Positions 51,826-61,631 of a DNA stretch of 64,000 bases are shown here, piece by piece. Each line of letters begins with the position of its first letter. The stretch's first letter is position 1. This stretch comes from an uncultured Acidobacteriaceae bacterium. GTDB lineage: Bacteria > Acidobacteriota > Terriglobia > Terriglobales > Acidobacteriaceae. The notes below the pieces were generated by a model that was given only the letters and a program-made list of their open reading frames with translations, was not told the origin of the DNA and made no database searches. The position numbers and the translations under genes are program-made. The DNA is taken from NCBI GenBank assembly GCA_963742455.1, contig CAVULU010000008.1:10593-74592 (forward strand), written 5' to 3'.

Positions 51826-53595
51826 ATGAAAAGAATCTTCCCCACTTCTGGCTGGAGCCGGCGAAAACTGTTGCAGACTGCTCCCGCACTTTGTGCTTCG
51901 GCGCTTCTTCCCACGAGGCTTGGTGCTGCTGCACAGGCGGATCATCCGACCGCCGCAGTCAAACCGTTTTCGACATTCACAGACGTGGCGGCGACAGCGG
52001 GCCTGACGGCCACGATGTATTACGGCGTCCCCGAGGCTGTGACCTACATCATCGAAGAGATGGGGGGCGGTTGCGCCTTTTTTGATTACGACAACGATGG
52101 GTGGATGGATATTTTCATTCTCGGCGGACGAACCCTCGATGCTGTCCCTGCCGATGCTTCGAACCGGCTTTACAAAAACAATCGCAACGGTACGTTCAAA
52201 GACGTCACCAAGGAAGCTGGACTGTGGGATGCCGGCTGGGCTGTCGGTGTCTGCGTAGGCGACTACAACAACGACGGCTTCGAAGACCTGTTTCTTACCT
52301 ACTATGGCCAGAACAAGCTCTATCGCAATAACGGCAACGGCACCTTTACCGATGTCACGGAGAAGGCACACCTGACGCACGATGGCATTCGCTTTGGCGC
52401 AGGTTGCACCTTCATCGACTACAACTGCGATGGACTGCTGGACTTGTTCGTGTCGAATTATGTCGATATCGATATGGCGAATGCGCTCAAGCCGTCACTC
52501 AACATTCCCAACTGCAATTACGAGGGCGTGCCGGTGGCATGCGGACCGAAAGGACTGAAGGCGCCGCAGCACTATCTCTACAAGAATAACGGCGACGGCA
52601 CATTTACCGATGTTTCAAAAGAATCGGGCATCGCAGCGATCAAGGGCTCCTACGGGCTCACCGCAGTTTCGTTCGACATCGATGAGGATGGGTGGCCAGA
52701 TCTCTTTGTAGCCTGCGATACCACGCAGAGTCTTCTGCTGCTGAACAATCACGACGGCACTTTTCGCGAAGAAGGCCTGATGCGCGGCGTCGCGATCAGC
52801 CCCGATGGCCAGGAAATGGCCGGTATGGGCATCGGCGTCGGCGACTACGATCTGGATGGGCACCTGGACATCGTCAAAACCCATTTCCAACTCCAGGCAG
52901 CCGGACTGTACCGCAACGACGGCAAGGGCAACTTTGACGATGTGGCGCAACAGGCCGGTTTAGCAGGAGAGAGAACTTACGTAAGCTGGGGAACTTGCCT
53001 TCTCGACCTCGATAATGACGGCTACCCGGACATCTTCTGGGTGACGGGAAACGTTTACGCGGAAGTGGAGAAAATCAACCCTAAATTCCCCTATAAAGGG
53101 CCCCGCGTATTGTTCCGCAATCGGGGGAACGGAACGTTTGCCAGGATCGGCGACGAAGCCGGGTCGGCGATCAGCGCCCGGCACGTCAGTCGAGGCTGCG
53201 CTTTTGGGGATTTCGATAACGATGGCGATATCGACATCGTGATCATGAATCAGCACGAGCCCCCGTCGCTGCTCCGTAACGACGCTCCCAAGGAGAATCA
53301 TTGGATCAAGGTTCGGCTGGAAGGAACGAAGAGCAATCGAAGCGCCATTGGCGCACGTGTTCTTGTTCACTATGGAGGCAAGACACAGGCCCAGGCCGTC
53401 CTAAGCCAGGCAAGCTACATGTCTGGGAATGATCCCCGCCTTCATTTTGGTCTGGGAAAGGAAACGACGGCCGACATTGAAGTGGTATGGCCCCGGGGAA
53501 CCATCGAGAAATACCCTGCCCAGGCCGCAGACCACCTGATCACCATCCTTGAAGGTCACGGAATTGTGCCAGGCCGGCCTTTCCGGTCAGGCTAA
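51826..53595 (+). CDS. CRTAC1-family protein (7 FG-GAP Ca-binding repeats + ASPIC/UnbV), Tat signal
   Basis: SRRKLL twin-Arg; seven DxDxDG-type loops; NRSAIGARV..QAV..SY.SGND.RLHFGLG..WP C-terminus. Confidence 0.88.
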   Translation: MKRIFPTSGWSRRKLLQTAPALCASALLPTRLGAAAQADHPTAAVKPFSTFTDVAATAGLTATMYYGVPEAVTYIIEEMGGGCAFFDYDNDGWMDIFILGGRTLDAVPADASNRLYKNNRNGTFKDVTKEAGLWDAGWAVGVCVGDYNNDGFEDLFLTYYGQNKLYRNNGNGTFTDVTEKAHLTHDGIRFGAGCTFIDYNCDGLLDLFVSNYVDIDMANALKPSLNIPNCNYEGVPVACGPKGLKAPQHYLYKNNGDGTFTDVSKESGIAAIKGSYGLTAVSFDIDEDGWPDLFVACDTTQSLLLLNNHDGTFREEGLMRGVAISPDGQEMAGMGIGVGDYDLDGHLDIVKTHFQLQAAGLYRNDGKGNFDDVAQQAGLAGERTYVSWGTCLLDLDNDGYPDIFWVTGNVYAEVEKINPKFPYKGPRVLFRNRGNGTFARIGDEAGSAISARHVSRGCAFGDFDNDGDIDIVIMNQHEPPSLLRNDAPKENHWIKVRLEGTKSNRSAIGARVLVHYGGKTQAQAVLSQASYMSGNDPRLHFGLGKETTADIEVVWPRGTIEKYPAQAADHLITILEGHGIVPGRPFRSG

Positions 53596-53804
53596 ATGGG
53601 TATTTTGGGTCACATCCAAGGTTGGGAATATCACGTATAAATGAGTGGGTAGTTTCCAACTATTTCTTGTTCAATTTCGAGCCGACTGCCAAAAATCGAG
53701 CCTGGTGACAATTTAATGACCATCGGCCGGAACAGGCCAACCGGGTAAATCTCGAGAAATCTGAGTGATATGGGAAACCGTTTTACTTCAGGGTTCAGCG
53801 CCTA

Positions 53805-53816
53805 AAAAGCGCTTGC
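53805..53816. promoter_or_regulatory. LacI-type palindrome core (AAGCGCTT) upstream of the TBDR
   Basis: AAAAGCGCTTGC; a second degenerate site AAACCGTTT lies near 53775. Confidence 0.3.
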
Positions 53817-53955
53817 CCGTGGTATGCCGGTTGTGATATCGATACTCGATTCACTTAGATGAGTTTCTGATGATGGCTAACTCCGGCGCGTCGGGGTCAG
53901 TTGTGCGTCAGGGATTAAAAAACAAGAACAACAAACGCTTCAGGAGGCTTGGTAA

Positions 53956-56900
53956 ATGTTTACAAACCAAAGAAAGACATCGAGCGGTTCATCGATGTCG
54001 AAATGGTTTAGGCGAATCCCATGGCTGGTCATTCCAGTCATGCTTTTGTCCTTTTCCATCGCAAATGCACAACAGCTGACCGCGACGTTGAGTGGCATAG
54101 CCACCGACCAGACGGAAGCCCGCGTACCAGGGGCCAAAGTTGTTGTATCCAACGAGGCAACGGGCGACGTTCGTGAAACCAAGGCCGATAACCAGGGATT
54201 CTTCTCGGTAACGGCTCTGATTCCCGGCACGTACAAGGTCACGATCACCGCAAAGAGCTTCGCCACGTGGGAAGAGACGGGAATCCTGCTCAACCAGGGT
54301 GATACCCGTACCATCCCGAACATTCGCCTCAAGATTGGTTCCGAAGCGACTGCTGTAACGGTCATCTCCGGGGCCGATGCAGAAATTCCTACAGATAACG
54401 CGGAAATCAGCGCCACCCTGAACAACGAGCTCGTTGACTCCGCCACACTGACGGGACGCAACGCGGCCGAAATGATCAAGATGATGCCCGGCGTCACGTT
54501 CAACAACTCCGGCGGTGCAGGCTCGGGGTTCAATGGAACGGTTACGGGCACCAATAACGGACCCGCGGGCAACTTCTCTGCCAACGGTTCACAGCCTTAT
54601 GGTTCAACCGCGGTCATCCTTGATGGCGCAAACCTGATCGATCCGGGTAATGCCGGAACGCAGATTGCCAACATCAACCAGGATATGACCGACAGCGTAA
54701 AATTCCTGTCAGCTTCCTACGGCGCTGAATATGCGAAAGGCCCGGCTGTTCTGCAGGCCTTCTCCAAGAGCGGCGGTCAGAAGTTCCACGGCGAAGGTTA
54801 CATCTACGCCCGTAACTCCGCGGTCGGCTATGCCAACGACTGGTTCAACAAGGCGTCTGGCAATCCACTGCCGGTTCAAAGTTACTACTACTACGGCGGC
54901 AACATCGGCGGTCCGGTGTTCTTTCCACATTTCAACCACAATCGCGACAAGCTGTTCTTTTGGGCCGGCTATGAATATATGAGCCAGCACCCGTATTGCA
55001 ACAGCTGCTACGGTGGTGCTCCAACCGAAATGAACGTTCCGACTCCGGCTCAGTTGAGCGGCGATTTCAGCAACACCGGCGTTCCCCAACAGGTAATTTC
55101 GGCGTGGCCAGGCGCATATGCACTGCCTTGCAACACGGACGACGGATGGCAGGGTTGCAACATTGCTACTTCGCCATGGCAGGGAACCTACACTGGCCTG
55201 AACAGCTACTTCGACCCGGAAGGTCTGCTGCTGACCAAGTTGAACCCAGCTCCTAACCAGACTCCCAACCAGACCAACGGCTGGAACAACTATGGAACGA
55301 TTCCCAGCACACCGCAGAACCGCTGGGAAGTTACGGGCAAGGTCACCTACGCCTTCAACGACAACAACAAGCTGTGGGGCTCTTACACGTATCAGACGGA
55401 AACCGATCAGCATCCACTGTCAGTATGGTGGGCGCCTGAATGGACCATTCCGTATCCCTCTCTACCGGTCGCAAAGGAGACGGCTCACGTTTACCTGGCC
55501 AACTACACCCACGTGTTCAGCGCCACCACGACGAACGAGTTCGTATTCTCGTATGCGGAATTCGTGAACAACGTGTCTCTCAGCAACCTCGCCAACAGCA
55601 GCCGCAAGGCGCTTGGATTCCCTGCGCAGAGCCTGTTCGGAGCTTCCAAGACCGACCAGATTCCGAACTCGACCGGTGGCTGGAGTTCCGGCCTGACCGA
55701 AATCAACGAGTTTGATTTCAACAGCGGCATCTACGGGCCAGGCACCTTTGGCAAAACTGCCAAGGCTCCTGCCATCAGCGACACCTTCACGAAGATCGTC
55801 GGCACTCACTCGATCAAAGCCGGCTTCTACTGGGATACCCAGGAGAACCTGCAGGCCAACGGCAGCGACATCAACGGCAACTACGACTTTGAGACCTGGG
55901 GCTCCACTTCCACCTACAACCTCACAGTCGATCGCTTGATGATGCGTCCACAGAACTATGACCAGTACAACACCGACGTAGTTCCAGACATTACCTGGCA
56001 CCAGTGGTCGCTCTGGGCGCAGGACTCCTGGAAAGCCACACGGAAGCTGACACTCAACATCGGTCTCCGCGCGGATCACGAAGGACAGTGGTACGACAAG
56101 ATCGGTGGAACTCAGGTTTGGGATCCGTCGACGTACGTCAACACGCCGAACCCTCCTGCCGACACCGGCTTGGCCTGGCATGAAATCAATCCCGCGATTC
56201 CAACCTCCGGCTGGAAGAGCAATCTCTTTACCTACAACCCACGCCTCGGCGCTGCGTTTGATGTGTTCGGCACAGGCAAAACCGTGGTTCGTGGAGGTTT
56301 CGGCACCTACCGTTACCAGGTATCCTCGAATGACGCCAGCAAGGCTATGAACGGCCCGCTTGGATCGTTTGATTACAACACCTCGGGAACCGGCGGCCTG
56401 AACGGCTTCTATGGAGCCGCGATTCAGGGCGGCACCATGTGCATCACCATAACCGGTGGCTTGAACGCGAACTGTACCGGGACCAAGTCACTCGCTATCC
56501 CGCAGGGCGTAAACCAGAATGGCACTGCCGGCCTGGTTGCCGACCAGATGGGTGACGACAAGGTGCCTTATGCGAATACCTGGAGCTTCGGAGTTGCGCA
56601 GGCGTTGCCGAGCCATTCCGTCGCCGAGATTTCGTATGTGGGCAGCGCGAGCCGCAACCAGCTCGAGAACGGACAGAACGGCCACATCAACGATGCCAAC
56701 CCAGTTGCGTACGGCGCGACCTTCACGCCGGACCCGAAGACTGGTCTTTACGAGAACCTCTATCCAATTACCGGCACCGGCGCAAACATCAATGACTGGC
56801 GTCAGCTGATCAACTACGGCAGCATCTGGATCCAGTCGCATGGTGGTTACGCAAACTACAACTCCTTGCAGGTTTCAGCACAGAAGCAGTCCGGCAACCT

Positions 56901-57753
56901 GTACATGTTCACCAACTTCACCTTCGGCAAGGTCCTCGGTACCCGCGACGGATCCACGTCAAACGGAAACGGAAACGGTTCGGCGGTCAATCCTTTCAGC
57001 CTGGACTCAAACTATGGGCCGCTCGGATATGACCACACCAAGACCTTCAACCTGTCGCTGAGCTACAAGCTACCCAAGCCCATCCACAACAACTGGGCGC
57101 TGGGCGGGTTGATCAACGGCTGGCAGATATCCAACTACACGACGTACGAAGATGGATCACCCTACCAGTCCAATTCGGCGAACATGAACATGAACTACCA
57201 GCAGTACCACGACCCATCTGGTGCAACTCACAACGTCAATATCTATCTACCGATCCCAGCAACGGCGGTGGGTGGCAACGTGACGACCAACATCAGCTCA
57301 ACGACCTGGTTGGGAACGAACCAGTACGAAACCCAGCAGGCTCAACCTGTACTTGTTTGCGATCCTCGCAAGGGATTGCTGAAGAACCAGTACTTCAACC
57401 CCAACTGCTTTGCAGCACCGCTCCCGCCGACAGCAACGTCGTTTGGACAGAACGGTCAGATCATCTGGCCCTATATCCGCAACCCGCATTACTTCGGCAG
57501 CGATCTGGCAATGTTCAAGGCATTCCGAGTTACGGATTCTCAAAGGGTTGAGTTCCGCGCCTCGGCTACCAACTTCCTTAACCACCCGAACGCACAGTTC
57601 GGATTGGCGGGAACCTCGGACAATAGCCTGCTGTTTAACGGTGTTCCCACCGCTTCAGCTGGGGTTTACAACACCAACTCAAGCACCACTGGTATCCCGC
57701 AGAATAAGGTTGGATATCGCTGGTTGCAATTGGCAGCCAAGTACTACTTCTGA
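53956..57753 (+). CDS. TonB-dependent receptor-like outer-membrane protein with N-terminal carboxypeptidase-regulatory-like domain
   Basis: Signal peptide, VPGAKVVVSN..TG, GFFS...LIPG.Y, SKSGG.KFHG, QDSWKATRKLTLNIGLR, PR.GAA.D, RGGFG, C-terminal QLAAKYYF; GGAGG RBS. Confidence 0.92.
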   Translation: MFTNQRKTSSGSSMSKWFRRIPWLVIPVMLLSFSIANAQQLTATLSGIATDQTEARVPGAKVVVSNEATGDVRETKADNQGFFSVTALIPGTYKVTITAKSFATWEETGILLNQGDTRTIPNIRLKIGSEATAVTVISGADAEIPTDNAEISATLNNELVDSATLTGRNAAEMIKMMPGVTFNNSGGAGSGFNGTVTGTNNGPAGNFSANGSQPYGSTAVILDGANLIDPGNAGTQIANINQDMTDSVKFLSASYGAEYAKGPAVLQAFSKSGGQKFHGEGYIYARNSAVGYANDWFNKASGNPLPVQSYYYYGGNIGGPVFFPHFNHNRDKLFFWAGYEYMSQHPYCNSCYGGAPTEMNVPTPAQLSGDFSNTGVPQQVISAWPGAYALPCNTDDGWQGCNIATSPWQGTYTGLNSYFDPEGLLLTKLNPAPNQTPNQTNGWNNYGTIPSTPQNRWEVTGKVTYAFNDNNKLWGSYTYQTETDQHPLSVWWAPEWTIPYPSLPVAKETAHVYLANYTHVFSATTTNEFVFSYAEFVNNVSLSNLANSSRKALGFPAQSLFGASKTDQIPNSTGGWSSGLTEINEFDFNSGIYGPGTFGKTAKAPAISDTFTKIVGTHSIKAGFYWDTQENLQANGSDINGNYDFETWGSTSTYNLTVDRLMMRPQNYDQYNTDVVPDITWHQWSLWAQDSWKATRKLTLNIGLRADHEGQWYDKIGGTQVWDPSTYVNTPNPPADTGLAWHEINPAIPTSGWKSNLFTYNPRLGAAFDVFGTGKTVVRGGFGTYRYQVSSNDASKAMNGPLGSFDYNTSGTGGLNGFYGAAIQGGTMCITITGGLNANCTGTKSLAIPQGVNQNGTAGLVADQMGDDKVPYANTWSFGVAQALPSHSVAEISYVGSASRNQLENGQNGHINDANPVAYGATFTPDPKTGLYENLYPITGTGANINDWRQLINYGSIWIQSHGGYANYNSLQVSAQKQSGNLYMFTNFTFGKVLGTRDGSTSNGNGNGSAVNPFSLDSNYGPLGYDHTKTFNLSLSYKLPKPIHNNWALGGLINGWQISNYTTYEDGSPYQSNSANMNMNYQQYHDPSGATHNVNIYLPIPATAVGGNVTTNISSTTWLGTNQYETQQAQPVLVCDPRKGLLKNQYFNPNCFAAPLPPTATSFGQNGQIIWPYIRNPHYFGSDLAMFKAFRVTDSQRVEFRASATNFLNHPNAQFGLAGTSDNSLLFNGVPTASAGVYNTNSSTTGIPQNKVGYRWLQLAAKYYF

Positions 57754-57775
57754 TTTAGTTCAGGAGCTTGCACTC

Positions 57776-57810
57776 AGAAGGGGTGGCGAAATGCCACCCC
57801 TTCTCTTTTT
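57776..57810 (+). terminator. Rho-independent terminator after the TBDR
   Basis: AGAAGGGGTGGC-GAAAT-GCCACCCCTTCT followed by CTTTTT. Confidence 0.85.
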
Positions 57811-58170
57811 GCGTCAGAAATTGATCGATCACTTTATCGGCATCAGGACAAGTAATCCTTTCCTCTCTGCTCGCTGGAGAAAGTACTTATGGTGGTGGCT
57901 TTCCAGGATGGCCGCGCGGATCACTTCGCTATCGAATGCGGAACCGCGGGTAGTGGGATGGCTTTCAGTCGCGCCCGGGAAGCAACTATGTGCGCATTGA
58001 GTGGACACTGCCTCGATGCGCTATCTAATCCCTCAAATGCTAATATTGATCGACGTGCGGAACTTTGGCGCGCCGGAAGCGACTTCTATCAAGGGATTTC
58101 CCCGGCGATATCCGTTACGCCAGCTGTTACACGTGACGTCTCGCATTCGATCCGACTACTTTCAAACTCA

Positions 58171-59280
58171 ATGCTTCCCTCTGCAACTTCCAAGGCTCTA
58201 TGGACTCTGGCATTGCTGACGTTACTCGTAGTGTGTCAGAAACGCATACAGGCACAAGAGGGCGCACCCGAGTTTGGAGATTTGATTTCCCGTGCGGCAG
58301 AAGCACGCGATCAGCAGAATCTGTCTCTAGCTATCGAACTTTATAACCAAGCCGTGCAGCTTCGCCCCGACTGGGGGGAAGGCTGGTGGTATCTCGGCCT
58401 GCTCCAGTACAACTCAAATAGGTTCGCACCGGCAATTGAGTCGTTCAATCACCTTCTTGAGTTGCAACCGGGCATGATTCCAGCAAAGGCTCTGCGCGGG
58501 CTGTGCGAGTTCGAGACTGCTGCTTACGACGATTCGCGGCGCGATCTGGAACAGGCCGTAGCCCTTGGAGCAGCCAACGAGCCTCGCAACGGGCAAATTA
58601 TTCGGTATCATCTCGCACAATTGCTGACCAGAGCTGGACGCTTCGAAGATGCGGTGGCCCAATACAGGTTTTTTGCCTCGCTGACGGTAGATGACCCTGA
58701 ATTGCTGGTTGGTCTTGGCGTGGCCGGAATGAGAGTGAATTCCTTGTCTCGGGATGTTCCGTCAAGTGACAAGGCATTCTATGAGGCCGCGGGTAAAGCC
58801 GGATTCGCCTTCATGGCCGGCAACATCGAGGAGTCTGATACGCTATTTGACCGGCTCTTTTTGCAGTATCCGAAGACGGCTAATCTTCATCTGTTCTATG
58901 CCATGCTGGTGAGCGCGAACGCGCCGGACGTGGCGATCGGCCTTCTTCAACGCGAAGTATTGCTGGCCCCAGCGAATAGTTACGCACATGGGGCGCTGGC
59001 AATGATGCTCATGTTGGCGGGCCGTTACGGCGAAGCCGTACCCGAAGGCGAACTGGCTTTGGCCGCAGCTCCAGACTCGCAAATGGTGCAGCTCGCGTTG
59101 GGCCGCTCATTAATCGAAACGGGAAATACAAAACGCGGAAGCGAGTTGCTGAATAAGGTCCTCGAGCGAGATCCGAACAACCTGGAAGCGCATATGGGAC
59201 TGGCCACTGCCTACGTTCGTGAAGGAAGACTCGACGACGCATACCATGAGCGGAGGGTTTGCCTTGGGCTGGCTCGATAG
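58171..59280 (+). CDS. Secreted TPR protein
   Basis: Signal-like N-terminus from ATG 58171 (ORF open from 57889); GWWYLG, RYHLAQ, LALG..L, AHMGLA TPR motifs. Confidence 0.8.
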   Translation: MLPSATSKALWTLALLTLLVVCQKRIQAQEGAPEFGDLISRAAEARDQQNLSLAIELYNQAVQLRPDWGEGWWYLGLLQYNSNRFAPAIESFNHLLELQPGMIPAKALRGLCEFETAAYDDSRRDLEQAVALGAANEPRNGQIIRYHLAQLLTRAGRFEDAVAQYRFFASLTVDDPELLVGLGVAGMRVNSLSRDVPSSDKAFYEAAGKAGFAFMAGNIEESDTLFDRLFLQYPKTANLHLFYAMLVSANAPDVAIGLLQREVLLAPANSYAHGALAMMLMLAGRYGEAVPEGELALAAAPDSQMVQLALGRSLIETGNTKRGSELLNKVLERDPNNLEAHMGLATAYVREGRLDDAYHERRVCLGLAR

Positions 59281-60355
59281 ACGACGGGGTCTCGTCAGGA
59301 CGGGCTGGGCCAGGAATCCGGCGTGGCTGCTGTTGTGGTTCGCGGCGGCACTGCCGGTCACGGCGCAGAATCCGGAGCAAGCGAAAGGTTCGGTTACGTG
59401 CGCTACGTGCCATGCAGCGGTATCGGCATCGTATGCACATGCGCCGATGCGACATGCCATGGAATCTCCGGGGGCAAATCCAGCACTCGAGCGCCATCCA
59501 AAGCTCAGTGTGGAGCTAGGCGGATACACCTACACGGTGTTGACCAAGGACGGCAAGAGCACCTATAGCGTGGCTGACGGAACAGGGTCGTTGACGGTGC
59601 CGATTCGCTGGATGCTCGGGGAGCAGACGCAGACTTGGATCCTGGAGAAGGACGGGCGCCTGTATGAAAGCCTGGTGTCCTTCTTTCCACGCGACCAGGT
59701 GCTTGCCGTAACTCCCGGCGATCAAAAAATAGTGCCGCGCAATCTCACCGAAGCCATGGGTCGGGAACTATCGATCTGGGATGCGCGGCAATGTTTCAAC
59801 TGCCATGCGACGCATGCTATAGAAGGGGTGCGATTGACGCTGGACAAAATTCGTCCGGGATTGGATTGCGAGCGCTGCCACGATGGAGCGCAGCAGCACA
59901 TGGCCGACGCAGCGCGCAGCAACTTCAGCACGTTGCCGAAATCGCTGAACAAGATGGACGCGCAAGAAACATCAACATTCTGCGGGCAGTGCCATCGCAG
60001 TTGGGATACGGTGCTGCGCAACCACTGGCGCGGGCCTGTGTTTGTGCGCTTTCAGCCCTATCGGTTATCGAACAGCAAATGCTTCCAGGTCAATGACCGG
60101 CGCATCAGCTGCCTGGCGTGTCACGACCCGCACCAGCCTGCAAACCATACGGTGTCTTACTATGACGCGAAGTGCCTCACCTGCCACGGAAACGCAAAGC
60201 CCATGAAGGCTGATATGGCGGTGAAGCAATGCCCCGTGAGCAAGACGGATTGCGTGACCTGCCACATGCCCAAGATTGAACAACCGGGCAAACATGCCAG
60301 CTTCACGGATCATGAGATTCGTATCGTGAAGGCAGGCGACGCCTATCCTGATTAG
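59219..60355 (+). CDS. Multiheme c-type cytochrome (7 CxxCH; c554/paired-CXXCH-like)
   Basis: CATCH, CFNCH, CERCH, CGQCH, CLACH, CLTCH, CVTCH; hydrophobic signal LLLWFAAALPVTA-Q. Start may be 59246. Confidence 0.9.
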   Translation: MKEDSTTHTMSGGFALGWLDRRRGLVRTGWARNPAWLLLWFAAALPVTAQNPEQAKGSVTCATCHAAVSASYAHAPMRHAMESPGANPALERHPKLSVELGGYTYTVLTKDGKSTYSVADGTGSLTVPIRWMLGEQTQTWILEKDGRLYESLVSFFPRDQVLAVTPGDQKIVPRNLTEAMGRELSIWDARQCFNCHATHAIEGVRLTLDKIRPGLDCERCHDGAQQHMADAARSNFSTLPKSLNKMDAQETSTFCGQCHRSWDTVLRNHWRGPVFVRFQPYRLSNSKCFQVNDRRISCLACHDPHQPANHTVSYYDAKCLTCHGNAKPMKADMAVKQCPVSKTDCVTCHMPKIEQPGKHASFTDHEIRIVKAGDAYPD

Positions 60356-60416
60356 GATCAGTTTTGGTTGTCGCGGCAGTCTGTATCAATGCGAACGGGA
60401 AAAAGAGAGTCGCAAC

Positions 60417-61532
60417 TCAATTGTCGCGAGATGGCTGCTGCTGTTGTTTAGCCTCAATCTCACGAATCGTATTTCGCTCCCGGTCTCCATCGGCAGACCG
60501 CTTCAGCTTGTAGTAAACATTCGCCAATTCGACGTGAGGTTCTAACCAACCGGGATCGGTCTTCTCCAAATCTTCGAGGATCGCAACGGCTTCAGCCAAG
60601 TGTCCTTTAAGGTCATTCAGCTTGGCAATCTCCAGGCGGGCCAGCGGCCAGTTCGGCCGTAGTTGCAGAGCGAGTTCCAGGAGGGGCCCGGCGTCTTCGA
60701 GATCCCTCTGATTCAACCGTATGGTTCCCAGATAGAGATTTGCCATGAAGTCCTTAGGATCTTCAGCAAGAGCGCCTTCAAAGGCTCGAACAGCCCCGTC
60801 GACATCTCCGCGTCCATAGCGGGCCTGACCCGCCATTGTGTACAGGCCCGGCAGCTTCGGATTCAAATCCACCGCTGCATTCAGATCCTCGAGCGCAATC
60901 TTCATTTCGCCGCGATAAAACCGGGCAGAACCGGCCAGCAGCCACGCCTCGGCGGAGTTCTTCGTCCTGGCCAGTTTTTCCATCCTCGGCAATCCCTGGT
61001 CCGGCTTGCCCGAGGCGATAAGGGCGTAGGCATAAACGTATTCGAATTGATAATCGTCTTCATGTCCCGGCTCCAGCGGCGCAAGAAGTGCCGCCGCCTC
61101 GGCTTGGCGGTCGAGCTTGTTATACGTATACCCAAGCAGAATTGCCGTATTCAAATCGGAAGGATGCGCGGCATGAAGTTTCTCGAACTCAACGCGAGCC
61201 TGATTCCAATTGCCGGTGCGATAGTGGGCCATGGCCAGGTTCATCCGCACCGCGTCATTCTGCGGAGCCAGTTCCAGCACATGGCTGTCCTCTTCAATGG
61301 CAGCGTCCATCTGCCCCGCGGCGGCCAGCGCGGCTCCAAGATTTGCCCGCGCCTCAATCAAATCAGGTTTCAGGGTCAGCGCCCTTTGGAAATCGGCGAT
61401 CGCCGTCTTCAGGTCGCCGTGTTCCTGCGCAAGGGTCCCTTCTCGAAGCGCCGACTCAGCATTCGCCGCGGCGTTCTGACCGGCAGCAGCCTGAACCAGG
61501 AGCCCCGCGCACAGAATCGGAACAATTCGCAT
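60417..61532 (-). CDS. Secreted TPR protein
   Basis: MRIVPILCAGLLVQAAAG signal at ATG 61532; ARANLG, RMNLA, LYTMAGQA, ANLYLG repeats. The ORF-track extension to 62099 is antisense to CRTAC1. Confidence 0.85.
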   Translation of the reverse strand: MRIVPILCAGLLVQAAAGQNAAANAESALREGTLAQEHGDLKTAIADFQRALTLKPDLIEARANLGAALAAAGQMDAAIEEDSHVLELAPQNDAVRMNLAMAHYRTGNWNQARVEFEKLHAAHPSDLNTAILLGYTYNKLDRQAEAAALLAPLEPGHEDDYQFEYVYAYALIASGKPDQGLPRMEKLARTKNSAEAWLLAGSARFYRGEMKIALEDLNAAVDLNPKLPGLYTMAGQARYGRGDVDGAVRAFEGALAEDPKDFMANLYLGTIRLNQRDLEDAGPLLELALQLRPNWPLARLEIAKLNDLKGHLAEAVAILEDLEKTDPGWLEPHVELANVYYKLKRSADGDRERNTIREIEAKQQQQPSRDN

Positions 61533-61631
61533 CGCTCTACAGGATAGAACATCCGTCAGTCGACTCCCTTCCTCCGATTCGCAGATAGTAGAATTCAAGT
61601 GGGGCACCGCTGCTGCCGCCCTTCCTTTTAC

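Noticed and set aside
57889-58170. Upstream extension of the TPR after the TBDR
   Set aside because: The 94 extra residues are not signal-like or TPR-like; a hydrophobic leader appears only after ATG 58171.
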